Shown: positions 8,121-18,923, numbered from the stretch's first letter. The stretch is DNA of 64,000 nucleotides from Gammaproteobacteria bacterium (GCA_018675635.1 JABGXU010000007.1:129366-193365); one strand, 5' to 3'. Numbers and translations: made by a program. Notes: generated by a model not told the origin, from the sequence alone.

Positions 8121-9407
8121 ATGAAAATATGTAAAAGTATAAATAGTATTTTGCTAGTAGTAGGCTTACTTGCTAGCTCAGCTGCATTCGCAGGAGACCA
8201 TGTAATTAAAGTTGGTGTACTACATTCACTATCAGGCACGATGGCGATTAGTGAAACAACACTGAAAGACACTATGTTGATGTTGATTGCCGAACAAAAC
8301 AAGAAGGGCGGTGTTTTAGGTAAGCAATTAAAAGCTGTCGTTGTGGACCCAGCGTCTAACTGGCCGTTATTTGCTGAGAAAGCTAGAGGCTTAATTGAGA
8401 AAGATAAAGTTGATGTTATTTTTGGTTCATGGACATCAGTATCTAGAAAATCAGTACTACCTGTAATTGAAGAATTAAACAGTGTGTTTTTCTATCCAGT
8501 GCAGTACGAAGGTGAAGAATCATCGAAGAATGTTTTCTATACAGGAGCAGCGCCAAACCAACAGGCGATTCCAGCTGTTGATTATCTTATGAATGATATT
8601 GGAGTTGAACGTTGGGTATTAGCAGGAACTGATTATGTATATCCGCGTACAACTAATAAGATTCTTAAGGCGTACTTAAAAGCAAAAGGTGTTCCATCAT
8701 CGGAAATTATGATTAACTACACTCCATTCGGACATTCGGATTGGCAAACTATTGTTTCTGATATCAAAAAATTCGGATCAGTAGGTAAGAAAACTGCTGT
8801 AGTTTCAACTATCAACGGTGATGCTAATGTTCCTTTTTACAAAGAGTTAGGAAATCAAGGAATTTCTGCATCTGATATTCCAGTTGTAGCGGTTTCGGTA
8901 GGTGAAGAAGAGATATCTGGTTTAGATACTGGCCCTTTAGTTGGACATTTGGCTGCATGGAACTACTTTATGAGCGCAGACGCAGTTGAAAATGATGAAT
9001 TCATTGCAAAATGGAAAGACTTCATTAAAGATGATAAGCGTGTAACAAATGACCCAATGGAAGCACACTATATTGGTTTCAATATGTGGGTTAAAGCTGT
9101 TGAGAAAGCTGGCACTACTGAGCCTAATGCAGTGCAAGATGCTCTTATTGGTGTAACTACGCCAAACTTAACAGGCGGTGTATCTGCAATGATGCCTAAT
9201 CACCATATCACTAAGCCGGTATTAATTGGTGAAATTCAAGCTGATGGTCAGTTTGAGATTGTTTCATCTACAGATGGTTTAGTTGCTGGAGATGCATGGT
9301 CTGACTTCCTTCCTGGTTCTAAGGATTTAATTGCTGACTGGAGAAAGCCATTAAGTTGTGGTAACTACAATGTTAAAACAGCTAAGTGCTCTGGACAGAA
9401 CTATTAA
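8121..9407 (+). CDS. urtA: urea ABC transporter substrate-binding protein UrtA
   Basis: Signal peptide (MKICKSINSILLVVGLLASSAAFA) and Leu/Ile/Val-binding-protein fold typical of UrtA (HVIKVGVLHSLSGTMA..., DVIFGSWTSVSRK). The start at 8121 was chosen because of the AGGA SD; ORF-track start 8088 lacks one. Heads the urtABCDE operon. Confidence 0.9.
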   Translation: MKICKSINSILLVVGLLASSAAFAGDHVIKVGVLHSLSGTMAISETTLKDTMLMLIAEQNKKGGVLGKQLKAVVVDPASNWPLFAEKARGLIEKDKVDVIFGSWTSVSRKSVLPVIEELNSVFFYPVQYEGEESSKNVFYTGAAPNQQAIPAVDYLMNDIGVERWVLAGTDYVYPRTTNKILKAYLKAKGVPSSEIMINYTPFGHSDWQTIVSDIKKFGSVGKKTAVVSTINGDANVPFYKELGNQGISASDIPVVAVSVGEEEISGLDTGPLVGHLAAWNYFMSADAVENDEFIAKWKDFIKDDKRVTNDPMEAHYIGFNMWVKAVEKAGTTEPNAVQDALIGVTTPNLTGGVSAMMPNHHITKPVLIGEIQADGQFEIVSSTDGLVAGDAWSDFLPGSKDLIADWRKPLSCGNYNVKTAKCSGQNY

Positions 9408-9422
9408 AACTAGTGGAAAATT

Positions 9423-9452
9423 AAGGTGTTGCTGGAAGGCGGCACCTTTTTT
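9423..9452 (+). terminator. putative intrinsic terminator/attenuator after urtA (aaggtg...cacctt stem then T-run)
   Basis: aaggtg (9423-9428) pairs with cacctt (9443-9448), followed by tttttt. A common arrangement that lets urtA transcripts exceed urtBCDE. Confidence 0.4.
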
Positions 9453-9463
9453 AATATCTAACT

Positions 9464-11077
9464 ATGATAAATAAAACTAAACTTTTTTCGTATGTATTGT
9501 TGTTAACTGTAGGATTTGTATTCTCATCCCAAAGTTTGGCAACCAATGGTGATTTTCAAAATACAATTAATCAATTAACTACAAAGAATTTAAAAACAAA
9601 GCTTCAAGTTGTTGAAGCTATAATTGATAGTGCTAACTCAAAGGTTGAGTTTGTGCTTCAATCTTTATTAGAAGGTAAAGTTTATTATATTAAAAATAAT
9701 AAAAAAGTTGTATTAGCTACTAAAGAAAAAAAAGAATATTTAGTTAAAGAATTACTAAGTGGTAATTCCCTAGGTAAGTTTTCAAAACACCAATTAAAGA
9801 AAGTTGGTATCAATAATAGGATACGCCAAAAAATAAAAGCTGGACTTTCAATGTTGAATTTGAAACATGCAGATGAAACGGTTCGATTACAAGCTGTAAA
9901 AAATACTTATAAAGATATTAACGCAGTAATATTTAAAAAAATAGAAACATTAATTCAAGTTGAAGATAGCGACAAAGTTCGCGATGCTATGTTGGTATTA
10001 ATGAATATATATCTATTAAACGATACAGATTCATCTGTAAGAATTAAGGCCATTAATGATTTAAGCGGAAATTTAGAACCAATTGTTAAAAACAAATTGA
10101 TAAAACTTAAGGATAACGATCAAAATTCAGAAGTAAGGATAGAGGCGGAAAAAGCATTAAAGAATATTAATTCAGAAATTAGTTTTTTTAAAAATTTAGA
10201 AACAGTATTTTTTGGGATTAGTTTTGGTTCTGTGCTAATTTTGGCCGCTATTGGTCTTGCTATTACTTTTGGCGTTATGGGTGTTATTAACATGGCGCAC
10301 GGCGAGTTGATTATGCTGGGCGCTTACACAACCTATGTCGTTCAGTTATTAATGCCGAACAATATTGGGATGTCAATATTTGCTGCTATTCCAGCTGCGT
10401 TTGTAGTATCAGGTTTTGTAGGAATAATTATACAAACTGGGATTATTAGACATTTACATGGTAGGCCTTTAGAGACACTTCTTGCTACATTTGGTGTGAG
10501 TTTAGTATTACGACAGATTGTTCGAACTATATTTTCCCCGTTAAATAGGGCGGTAGAGACCCCAGACTGGATGTCTGGCGCCATAGAGATTAATGGTGTT
10601 TTATCTTTAACTTGGAACCGACTCTACATTATTCTTTTTTGTTTAATTGTATTTGCAGCTCTGATTACAATTTTAAAGAAAACTTCGTTGGGTCTTCAGG
10701 TCAGAGCAGTATCGCAAGATAGAAATATGGCGAGAGCTATGGGTGTTCGTTCTAATTGGGTAGATGCAATGACGTTTGGTCTGGGATCAGGTATTGCTGG
10801 TATTGCCGGAGTAGCTTTATCTCAATTAACTAATGTTGGGCCAAATCTTGGGCAAGCTTATATTATCGACTCGTTTATGGTTGTTGTGTTTGGTGGTGTT
10901 GGAAACCTATGGGGCACATTGATAGGTGGATTTGGTTTAGGGGTTATTAATAAATTTATGGAGCCTTGGGTCGGAGCGGTATTAGCTAAAGTTTTAATTT
11001 TAATTTTTATTATCTTATTTATTCAAAAACGGCCTAGAGGGTTATTTCCTCAAAAAGGCAGATCTGCAGGAGATTAA
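9464..11077 (+). CDS. urtB: urea ABC transporter permease UrtB (long form with ~240-aa N-terminal periplasmic HEAT-like repeat domain)
   Basis: The C-terminal ~290 aa is a branched-chain-type ABC permease (INMAHGELIMLGAYT...). The N-terminal 240 aa has a signal peptide and repeated V-R-x-x-A motifs (ETVRLQAV, DKVRDAM, SSVRIKAI, SEVRIEAE). Confidence 0.9.
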   Translation: MINKTKLFSYVLLLTVGFVFSSQSLATNGDFQNTINQLTTKNLKTKLQVVEAIIDSANSKVEFVLQSLLEGKVYYIKNNKKVVLATKEKKEYLVKELLSGNSLGKFSKHQLKKVGINNRIRQKIKAGLSMLNLKHADETVRLQAVKNTYKDINAVIFKKIETLIQVEDSDKVRDAMLVLMNIYLLNDTDSSVRIKAINDLSGNLEPIVKNKLIKLKDNDQNSEVRIEAEKALKNINSEISFFKNLETVFFGISFGSVLILAAIGLAITFGVMGVINMAHGELIMLGAYTTYVVQLLMPNNIGMSIFAAIPAAFVVSGFVGIIIQTGIIRHLHGRPLETLLATFGVSLVLRQIVRTIFSPLNRAVETPDWMSGAIEINGVLSLTWNRLYIILFCLIVFAALITILKKTSLGLQVRAVSQDRNMARAMGVRSNWVDAMTFGLGSGIAGIAGVALSQLTNVGPNLGQAYIIDSFMVVVFGGVGNLWGTLIGGFGLGVINKFMEPWVGAVLAKVLILIFIILFIQKRPRGLFPQKGRSAGD

Positions 11078-11080
11078 GTT

Positions 11081-12172
11081 ATGTTCTTTTCAAAAATTTT
11101 GAATAATGATACTGGCGGAAGAATATTCTTATCAATATTGCTAGCCGTTACAATTTTGGTTCCATTATTGAATATTGTGGTGTCTCCAGAAAGTCCATGG
11201 CACCTATCAACCTACACTGTCACTATTATAGGTAAGTACTTAACTTATGCGCTTTTAGCAATTGCTGTGGATCTTGTTTGGGGATATTTAGGAATTCTTA
11301 GTTTGGGACACGGCGCATTCTTTGCATTAGGTGGATATACAATGGGTATGTATTTGATGCGACAAATAGGGGACAGAGGTGTCTATGGAAACCCTATCCT
11401 TCCTGATTTTATGGTTTTTTTAGATTGGAGTGAATTACCATGGTTTTGGTATGGGTTCGATCAATTCTGGTTTGCAATGATTATGGTTATTTTTGTTCCA
11501 GGATTGTTGGCATTTGTATTTGGCTGGTTAGCTTTTAGATCACGAGTAACTGGTGTATATCTATCCATTATGACACAGGCGTTAGTTTACGCATTAATGC
11601 TTACATTCTTCAGAAATGAATTAGGCTTCGGTGGTAATAATGGCTTGACAGACTTTAAAGATATTTTAGGTTTTAGTTTGCAACTAGATAGCACTAGAGT
11701 TGGATTATTTATTGCTTCATCAGTTGCATTGGCTGCAGGTTATTTAGCTAGTAGAGCTGTAACCAATTCGAGGCTTGGACGGGTGGCAGTTGCTATTAGA
11801 GATTCTGAAAGCCGAGTTAGATTTATTGGTTATAGAGTTGAGAATGTGCAGTTATTTATATTTATATTCTCAGCAATTATGGCTGGAATTGCAGGGGCTT
11901 TATATGTACCTCAAGTAGGTATTATTAATCCTGGTGAATTTTCACCGATCAATTCGATTGAAATGGTTATATGGGTTGCGATTGGAGGAAGATATACACT
12001 TTATGGTGGTGTTATCGGAGCTTTACTTGTGAATTACTCAAAGACTTTCTTAACAAGTGCAATGCCTGAAGCATGGTTATTTGTCTTAGGAGGTATGTTT
12101 ATTTTAGTAACAATATTCTTACCTAAAGGAATTGTAGGTTTAATTAATAAATACAGAGGTGTAAATGGTTAG
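11081..12172 (+). CDS. urtC: urea ABC transporter permease UrtC
   Basis: Polytopic LivM-type permease. Position in the operon. Confidence 0.9.
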   Translation: MFFSKILNNDTGGRIFLSILLAVTILVPLLNIVVSPESPWHLSTYTVTIIGKYLTYALLAIAVDLVWGYLGILSLGHGAFFALGGYTMGMYLMRQIGDRGVYGNPILPDFMVFLDWSELPWFWYGFDQFWFAMIMVIFVPGLLAFVFGWLAFRSRVTGVYLSIMTQALVYALMLTFFRNELGFGGNNGLTDFKDILGFSLQLDSTRVGLFIASSVALAAGYLASRAVTNSRLGRVAVAIRDSESRVRFIGYRVENVQLFIFIFSAIMAGIAGALYVPQVGIINPGEFSPINSIEMVIWVAIGGRYTLYGGVIGALLVNYSKTFLTSAMPEAWLFVLGGMFILVTIFLPKGIVGLINKYRGVNG

Positions 12173-12965
12173 TAAATTTAGTGCTCTTTTTGAGAAGCCC
12201 GTACCAACTAGAAATATTGATGTTCATAAGGATATCATTCTATATTTGGAAGACATTACAGTAAGTTTTGATGGTTTTAAGGCTATTGATTCATTAAATC
12301 TATATATTAAAAAAAATGAATTACGTTGTATTATTGGCCCTAACGGTGCTGGCAAGACTACCATGATGGATGTTATTACTGGCAAGACTAAACCAGACTA
12401 TGGTACCGCTTGGTTTGGTCAGAATTTTAACTTATTACTTCATTCTGAATATGAGATTGCTAGAGCAGGCATTGGTCGAAAGTTCCAGAAACCAACAGTT
12501 TTTGAAAATCTAACAATTTTTGAAAATTTAGAATTAGCCATGGATGGAGACAAAGATGTTTTTCCAACATTGTTTGCAAAAATATCACCAACAGAACTAG
12601 AATCGATTGAGATTGTATTAGAGAAGATAGGTTTAACTTCAAAGAGCAATGTTTTTGCTGGGTTACTTTCACATGGGCAAAAACAATGGCTAGAAATTGG
12701 TATGTTGTTAATGCAAAACGCACAATTATTATTGATTGATGAACCTGCTGCAGGTATGACCCACCAAGAGATGGATAAAACTACCGAATTATTGCAAGTT
12801 TTGAAGCAAGAGCATACAGTTGTTGTGGTTGAGCACGATATGGACTTTGTTCGAGCATTAGAAAGTCCGGTTACTGTTTTACATCAAGGTAGCGTGCTAG
12901 CAGAGGGAAGTATGGATAAAATTCAAAATGATCTAAAAGTCGTCGAAGTATATCTAGGTGAGTAA
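12165..12965 (+). CDS. urtD: urea ABC transporter ATP-binding protein UrtD
   Basis: Walker A GPNGAGKTT, ABC signature LSHGQKQWLEIGM, Walker B LLLIDEPAAG. Confidence 0.9.
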   Translation: MVSKFSALFEKPVPTRNIDVHKDIILYLEDITVSFDGFKAIDSLNLYIKKNELRCIIGPNGAGKTTMMDVITGKTKPDYGTAWFGQNFNLLLHSEYEIARAGIGRKFQKPTVFENLTIFENLELAMDGDKDVFPTLFAKISPTELESIEIVLEKIGLTSKSNVFAGLLSHGQKQWLEIGMLLMQNAQLLLIDEPAAGMTHQEMDKTTELLQVLKQEHTVVVVEHDMDFVRALESPVTVLHQGSVLAEGSMDKIQNDLKVVEVYLGE

Positions 12966-12967
12966 AG

Positions 12968-13663
12968 ATGATTAATATCGAAAAATTAAATCAATTTTAT
13001 GGAGAAAGTCATACTTTATGGGATCTTGACCTAAATGTTTCCAAAGGTGATTGTATTGCCATTATGGGTAGAAATGGCGTTGGTAAAACTACTTTAGTTA
13101 AAAGTATTATGGGACTATTACCAATTCAGAGTGGGGAAATAAATTTTCAAGGTGAAGATATTTCAAAACTTCAATCAGAAACCAGAGCTTCAATTGGTAT
13201 CGGGTATGTCCCACAAGGTAGAAGGATTTTTCCTTTGTTAACTGTTGAAGAGAATTTAAAGATAGGATTATCGGCCAGAAAAGATAAGAGTAACAAGGTG
13301 CCTGATTTTATTTTTGAACTATTCCCGGTTTTAAAAGAAATGTTAGGTAGACAAGGTGGAGACCTATCGGGTGGACAGCAACAACAGTTAGCGATTGGCA
13401 GAGCTTTGGTAATTGATCCAAAGTTACTTATTCTCGACGAACCTACAGAGGGTATCCAGCCAAATGTAATCCTCGAGATATGTGATATTATTAGAAAATT
13501 AAATATTGAGCATGATGTGACCGTGATTTTAGTAGAGCAGAAGTTACCAATTGCTAGAAAAGTTGCAAACAAGTTCGTTATTTTTGAAAGAGGATCAAAT
13601 GTACATTCTGGTTTAATGAATGAGCTTAATGACAGCCTGATTAAAAAATACTTAACCGTTTAA
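12968..13663 (+). CDS. urtE: urea ABC transporter ATP-binding protein UrtE
   Basis: Walker A GRNGVGKTT, signature LSGGQQQQLAIGRAL, Walker B LLILDEPTEG. Confidence 0.9.
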   Translation: MINIEKLNQFYGESHTLWDLDLNVSKGDCIAIMGRNGVGKTTLVKSIMGLLPIQSGEINFQGEDISKLQSETRASIGIGYVPQGRRIFPLLTVEENLKIGLSARKDKSNKVPDFIFELFPVLKEMLGRQGGDLSGGQQQQLAIGRALVIDPKLLILDEPTEGIQPNVILEICDIIRKLNIEHDVTVILVEQKLPIARKVANKFVIFERGSNVHSGLMNELNDSLIKKYLTV

Positions 13664-13685
13664 CAAAACAGAAGGAGAAGATAAT

Positions 13686-13889
13686 ATGAATAGTGCAAAA
13701 CAAATTTTAGTAGTAATTTTTTCATTCTTAATTGCATTATCAAGTTTTGCGCACACTTCGCCAGAGCATGCAATAGGTTATACCCATGAAAGTATAGTTG
13801 CATGGGAAGTTGTGAGTATCGTGGTTTTTACGTTGGGATTAATTACCACTATATCTTTTCTTTTAAGAAAAATAATTAATACAAAATAA
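13686..13889 (+). CDS. small membrane protein (67 aa) between urtE and ureD
   Basis: Strong SD (gaaggag) 8 nt upstream. N-terminal signal/TM segment and a C-terminal TM helix. His-containing loop (HTSPEHAIGYTHES). No known family recognised. Confidence 0.4.
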   Translation: MNSAKQILVVIFSFLIALSSFAHTSPEHAIGYTHESIVAWEVVSIVVFTLGLITTISFLLRKIINTK

Positions 13890-13897
13890 TTTGTAGC

Positions 13898-14746
13898 GTG
13901 CTAAATATGGCAGAACAACTAAATATGGTAGAACAATTAGGCTGGGTTGCTGAATTAGAACTACATTTTTCAAGAGGAAAAGTAAATACTTTTCTTTCAA
14001 AAAGGAAGCATCTTGGACCACTAACAGTGCAAAGACCATTTTATCCAGAAGATGGGGTTTGTCATTTGTATTTATTACATCCTCCAGGAGGAATTGTTGG
14101 TGGCGATAATTTATCAGTTAAAGTAAATTCTGATAAGGATTCTAATGCGCTTATTACTACACCTGGTGCAACCAAAATTTACCGAACAACTAAAAACAAA
14201 TCTTCTATTGTAAAACAAGATATTGTTGTAGAAGATGGTGCAACTTTAGAATGGTTGCCAATGGAAACTATCATATTTCCAGGTGCAAATTCAAATATTT
14301 CGACAAAATTTTCTGTATTTGGTAATGCCAAAATCGCAGCTTGGGAAATTCAATGTCTTGGTAGACCAGCTATAGATGAAAAATTTGACTCAGGTAATCT
14401 AAAATTTAATTTTGAATTATGGAAAGATGAAAAGCCTATTATTATTGATAGATTAAAAGTTAATCAGTCAGATTTAGACAATATTACTGGGCTCAGAGGT
14501 TTTCCAGTTTTTGGAACTTTTATAATAAGCGTAAATAATAATGATGTTATTGATATCGTGCGTGAGTTAATTCCTAAAAGTAATTTATATGTTGCTGGAG
14601 TTACACAAATAGATTATCTTATTATTGTTAGATGCTTGAGCTCTAAGACGAATTTAATACAAGAACTATTTAGAAATATTTGGATAAAGGTTAGGCATTT
14701 AACCATTGGTAAAGAAGGGGTTATGCCAAGAATTTGGTCAACATAA
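13898..14746 (+). CDS. ureD: urease accessory protein UreD (UreH)
   Basis: HLYLLHPPGGIVGGD motif typical of UreD. Position ahead of the structural genes. Confidence 0.85.
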   Translation: MLNMAEQLNMVEQLGWVAELELHFSRGKVNTFLSKRKHLGPLTVQRPFYPEDGVCHLYLLHPPGGIVGGDNLSVKVNSDKDSNALITTPGATKIYRTTKNKSSIVKQDIVVEDGATLEWLPMETIIFPGANSNISTKFSVFGNAKIAAWEIQCLGRPAIDEKFDSGNLKFNFELWKDEKPIIIDRLKVNQSDLDNITGLRGFPVFGTFIISVNNNDVIDIVRELIPKSNLYVAGVTQIDYLIIVRCLSSKTNLIQELFRNIWIKVRHLTIGKEGVMPRIWST

Positions 14747-14763
14747 CATAAATAGGATTTAAA

Positions 14764-15414
14764 ATGGATCTAACACCACGCGAAAAAGATAAATTAATGC
14801 TTTTTACTGCCTCATTAGTGGCAAAGCAACGCAAAGAAAGGGGTGTTAAATTGAATTATCCTGAAGCCGTTGCTTATATCTCTGCTGAGATTTTGGAAGG
14901 AGCTAGAGATGGTAAAAATGTTGCTGAGATGATGGAATATGGTCGTCAACTTTTAACGGTAGATGATGTCATGGATGGAGTTTCAGAAATGATTACAGAC
15001 ATACAAGTTGAAGCCACCTTTCTAGACGGAACCAAACTGGTAACTGTGCATAATCCAATTCAACAGGTTGAATCATCTATTGATGGAGCAAGTGAGGGGG
15101 ATGTGCTAATTCCAGGAGAAATTTTAATTGACTTATCAAAAGAGATTGAAATAAATATTAATAGGGAAAGGGTAAAGATTGTGGTGTCTAATCATGGAGA
15201 TAGACCTATTCAAGTGGGTTCTCATTATCACTTCTTTGAAACAAATAGTGCGCTTTCTTTTGAAAGAAAAAAGACAAAAGGATTTAGGTTAAATATTCCT
15301 TCAGGCACAGCTGTAAGGTTTGAACCTGGGCAAGAAAGAGAGGTTGAATTAGTGAAATTTGATGGAAAAAATGAAATTTATGGCTTTAATGCAAAAGTTA
15401 TGGGACCAGTATGA
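14764..15414 (+). CDS. ureAB: urease gamma-beta fused subunit (UreA-UreB fusion)
   Basis: Residues 1-100 match the gamma subunit ([14 protein letters not shown]...TVHNPI). Residues ~115-216 match the beta subunit ([21 protein letters not shown]...[13 protein letters not shown]...VMGPV). Both are in a single ORF. Confidence 0.85.
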   Translation: MDLTPREKDKLMLFTASLVAKQRKERGVKLNYPEAVAYISAEILEGARDGKNVAEMMEYGRQLLTVDDVMDGVSEMITDIQVEATFLDGTKLVTVHNPIQQVESSIDGASEGDVLIPGEILIDLSKEIEININRERVKIVVSNHGDRPIQVGSHYHFFETNSALSFERKKTKGFRLNIPSGTAVRFEPGQEREVELVKFDGKNEIYGFNAKVMGPV

Positions 15415-17114
15415 GATCTATTTCTAAAAAAGCTTATGCGGAAATGTACGGGCCAACAGTGGGCGACAAAGTAAGACTGGGCGACACAGAGTTATTTATT
15501 AAAGTTGAAGAAGACTTCACTACTTATGGTGAAGAAGTTAAATTCGGTGGAGGCAAGGTTATACGTGATGGCATGGGTCAAGGCCAACTTTGCAGTAAAG
15601 ATGTAGCTGATTTGGTTATTACTAATGCATTAATACTTGATCACTGGGGTATTGTTAAGGCTGATATTGGCATTAAAGACGGTCGTATTTCTGGTATTGG
15701 AAAAGCTGGAAATCCAGATGTTCAACCTAATGTTGATATTGCTATTGGTGCGGGCACTGATGTTGTAGCTTCTGAGGGCCAAATTGTTACTGCCGGCGGT
15801 ATAGATGCACATATTCATTTTATTTGTCCACAGCAAGTAGACGATGCACTCATGTCAGGTATCACCACTATGCTAGGTGGAGGAACCGGACCTTCGGCAG
15901 GGACTAATGCAACTACTTGCACACCAGGACCTTGGAATATTCATAGAATGTTAGAAGCCGCTGAAGATTTTCCAATGAATCTGGGATTTATGGGTAAGGG
16001 CAATGCATCTCTACCTGAGCCATTAATAGAACAGGTATCTGCTGGAGCTATGGGTTTAAAATTACATGAAGATTGGGGTACGACGCCAGCAGCAATTGAT
16101 TGTTGTCTCTCAGTTGCAGAGGATCACGATGTACAAGTTGCAATACATACAGATACTTTAAATGAGTCAGGTTTTGTAGAAGATACAATAGCCGCATTAA
16201 AAGGCAGAGCAATACATACTTATCATACTGAAGGCGCTGGGGGCGGACATGCGCCTGATATTATCAAGGCTTGTGGTTATAATAATGTTCTTCCATCTTC
16301 AACCAATCCAACACGGCCATATACTGTAAATACCATAGATGAACATCTAGATATGTTAATGGTGTGTCATCATTTAGACCCTTCAATAGCAGAGGATGTC
16401 GCATTTGCGGAATCACGTATCCGAAGAGAAACAATTGCGGCGGAAGATATTTTGCATGATTTGGGTGCATTTTCTATGATTGCTTCTGACTCGCAAGCTA
16501 TGGGACGAGTAGGCGAAGTTATTACAAGAACCTGGCAAACTGCTAACAAAATGAAAATTCAAAGAGGTGCATTAGAGGGCGATGCTTTAGATAATGATAA
16601 TAATAGAGTGAAAAGGTATATAGCTAAATATACAATTAATCCTGCTATTACCCATGGTATCTCACATGAGGTTGGATCAGTTGAAGTAGGAAAATTGGCA
16701 GATTTAGTATTATGGAAACCCAAGTTTTTTGGGGCAAAACCAGGCTTAATTATTAAAGGTGGTATGATTGCAGCAGCTCCTATGGGTGACCCAAATGCTT
16801 CAATTCCAACACCACAACCTGTTCATTATAGAAAAATGTTTGGAGCTTTTGGCGCTGCAAGATTTAAAACAAGAATGACATTTATATCTCAAACTAGTTT
16901 TGATAATAATATTGTTGATAAGCTTAAACTAAAATCTATGATTGGACTTGTGAAGTCGTGTAGATCAGTAACAAAATCATCAATGATTCATAATGATTAT
17001 CAACCAAACATTGAGGTCGATTCGCAAACTTATGAAGTGAAAGCTGATGGCACATTACTAACATGTGAACCTGCCAGTGAAGTTGCCTTAGCACAAAGAT
17101 ATTTCTTATTCTAA
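15411..17114 (+). CDS. ureC: urease alpha subunit
   Basis: 567 aa. Nickel-ligand and active-site regions ([29 protein letters not shown]). Confidence 0.95.
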   Translation: MRSISKKAYAEMYGPTVGDKVRLGDTELFIKVEEDFTTYGEEVKFGGGKVIRDGMGQGQLCSKDVADLVITNALILDHWGIVKADIGIKDGRISGIGKAGNPDVQPNVDIAIGAGTDVVASEGQIVTAGGIDAHIHFICPQQVDDALMSGITTMLGGGTGPSAGTNATTCTPGPWNIHRMLEAAEDFPMNLGFMGKGNASLPEPLIEQVSAGAMGLKLHEDWGTTPAAIDCCLSVAEDHDVQVAIHTDTLNESGFVEDTIAALKGRAIHTYHTEGAGGGHAPDIIKACGYNNVLPSSTNPTRPYTVNTIDEHLDMLMVCHHLDPSIAEDVAFAESRIRRETIAAEDILHDLGAFSMIASDSQAMGRVGEVITRTWQTANKMKIQRGALEGDALDNDNNRVKRYIAKYTINPAITHGISHEVGSVEVGKLADLVLWKPKFFGAKPGLIIKGGMIAAAPMGDPNASIPTPQPVHYRKMFGAFGAARFKTRMTFISQTSFDNNIVDKLKLKSMIGLVKSCRSVTKSSMIHNDYQPNIEVDSQTYEVKADGTLLTCEPASEVALAQRYFLF

Positions 17115-17116
17115 TT

Positions 17117-17572
17117 ATGAGAGAATTTTTAGAAAAAGTTAAATCTTCTAAAAAAATTGACGGTTCAATTACCCTAGATTTACAACAAAGAGTAAAAAGC
17201 AGAATAAAAGCTTCTTCTGATAACGGGGAAGATGTTGGAATTTTTATGGAACGTGGAACTATTCTTAAACACGGTGATTTAATTAGAGATCAAGATGGTT
17301 ATATTCTTAAAGTAGTCGCAGCTCCAGAGACTCTATCCTCAATTTATTCTAACGATTTATTATTATTATTACGTGCTTGTTATCATCTTGGAAATCGTCA
17401 CGTAGAGTTGCAGATTAAAAACGAAAGTGTTCATTATCGTCATGACCATGTTCTAGATGATATGGTTAAAAGCTTAGGGCTAGATGTGGTGATTGAATCA
17501 TTGCCTTTTCAACCAGAAAATGGGGCCTATCAGTCTCATTCCGGAGGACATTCACATAATCATGAGCATTAG
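17117..17572 (+). CDS. ureE: urease accessory protein UreE
   Basis: UreE fold with His-rich C-terminus (HSGGHSHNHEH). Confidence 0.85.
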   Translation: MREFLEKVKSSKKIDGSITLDLQQRVKSRIKASSDNGEDVGIFMERGTILKHGDLIRDQDGYILKVVAAPETLSSIYSNDLLLLLRACYHLGNRHVELQIKNESVHYRHDHVLDDMVKSLGLDVVIESLPFQPENGAYQSHSGGHSHNHEH

Positions 17573-18239
17573 TCAATTAAGCCTATTAAGGTTGATGAAT
17601 CTAATGAGTCCAACATTGCCAATTGGTGGATTTACCTATTCTCAAGGAATTGAACAGGCTATTGAGAACAATTGGATATCAGATATTGATACCGCACAAC
17701 AGTGGCTTGAAAATCAATTATTCTTTGGATTGGTATATACTGATCTTCCCATTTTAATTAGATTGTATGAATCAGTCTCTATAGGAGATAAGGATCAGGC
17801 GCAAGAATGGAGTAATTTTTTATTGGCTTGTAGAGAGACTAGAGAATTGAGGCAAGAAGAAATTAATCGCGGAAGGGCATTAACAAAAGTTATTGAAAGC
17901 CTTGAAAGTTCAGCAGTTAGTGGATGGGGAAAAATCACAAATACTAATCATTTATCTGGATATGCATTAATTAGCAATGTATGGCAAATACCGATTGATG
18001 AATTATTATTGGGGTATTCTTGGTCGTGGCTTGAAAATCAGGTCTCAGCAATAGTGAAAATAATCCCACTAGGGCAGACGGAAGGGCAACAACTACTTAA
18101 TCAGTTACTAAAAGAAATACCTGAGGTTATAAGTAAATCTAAAGCAGTTTCTGTTGAAGATATTGGGATGACCCAACCTGCATTTGCCATTGCAAGTAGC
18201 TTACATGAGACTCAATACACACGAATTTTTAGATCATAA
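17562..18239 (+). CDS. ureF: urease accessory protein UreF
   Basis: UreF-like sequence (LMSPTLPIGGFTYSQGIE). Start placed at the ATG overlapping ureE's end, rather than the longer ORF-track start at 17493. Confidence 0.8.
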   Translation: MSISQLSLLRLMNLMSPTLPIGGFTYSQGIEQAIENNWISDIDTAQQWLENQLFFGLVYTDLPILIRLYESVSIGDKDQAQEWSNFLLACRETRELRQEEINRGRALTKVIESLESSAVSGWGKITNTNHLSGYALISNVWQIPIDELLLGYSWSWLENQVSAIVKIIPLGQTEGQQLLNQLLKEIPEVISKSKAVSVEDIGMTQPAFAIASSLHETQYTRIFRS

Positions 18240-18251
18240 ATAGAGGGAAAT

Positions 18252-18860
18252 ATGAAAAACAAACAACCATTAAGAGTAGGTGTTGGAGGACCAGTCGGAT
18301 CTGGAAAGACCGCATTACTAGATGTACTTTGTAAATCCATGCGTGATAACTATGAAATTGCAGTTGTAACGAATGATATTTATACAAAAGAGGATGCAAA
18401 GTTCCTTACAGAAAGTAATGCACTAGAAGCGCAACGAATTGTTGGTGTAGAAACAGGCGGTTGCCCTCATACGGCAATTCGAGAAGATGCATCAATGAAT
18501 TTATCAGCAATTGAGGATTTAAATAATAAATTCGAAGATTTAGACATAATTTTTGTAGAAAGTGGCGGCGATAACCTTTCTGCTACATTCAGTCCAGAGC
18601 TAGCTGATATTGCCATTTATGTTATTGATGTGGCAGAGGGTGAAAAAATTCCTAGAAAAGGCGGACCTGGAATCACACGTTCAGATTTGTTAGTAATTAA
18701 TAAAATCGATCTGGCACCTTATGTAGGTGCTTCATTAGATATTATGAAAAGTGATACTGAGAGAATGAGAGGAGATAAGCCTTTTGTATTTTCAAACCTA
18801 AAAAAATCTATTGGGGTAGAAGAAATAAAAAACTTTATTGTTTCAGAAGGTATGCTTTAA
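18252..18860 (+). CDS. ureG: urease accessory GTPase UreG
   Basis: P-loop [10 protein letters not shown], metal-binding CPH motif ([13 protein letters not shown]), ESGGDNL. Confidence 0.95.
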   Translation: MKNKQPLRVGVGGPVGSGKTALLDVLCKSMRDNYEIAVVTNDIYTKEDAKFLTESNALEAQRIVGVETGGCPHTAIREDASMNLSAIEDLNNKFEDLDIIFVESGGDNLSATFSPELADIAIYVIDVAEGEKIPRKGGPGITRSDLLVINKIDLAPYVGASLDIMKSDTERMRGDKPFVFSNLKKSIGVEEIKNFIVSEGML

Positions 18861-18923
18861 TTTATAGAATTATTTCAAGTAATTAGTTGCATCTACATAA
18901 GGTTGAATTTAGAAAAAATTAAA

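Noticed and set aside
8075-8302. 75-aa minus-strand ORF
   Set aside because: Antisense to the urtA signal-peptide region. No start context. Spurious.
17493-17561. Longer ureF start (MNHCLFNQKMGPIS...) from the ORF track
   Set aside because: It overlaps 80 nt of ureE in another frame. The internal ATG at 17562 gives the conserved UreF N-terminus with the usual short overlap, so the shorter model is preferred.
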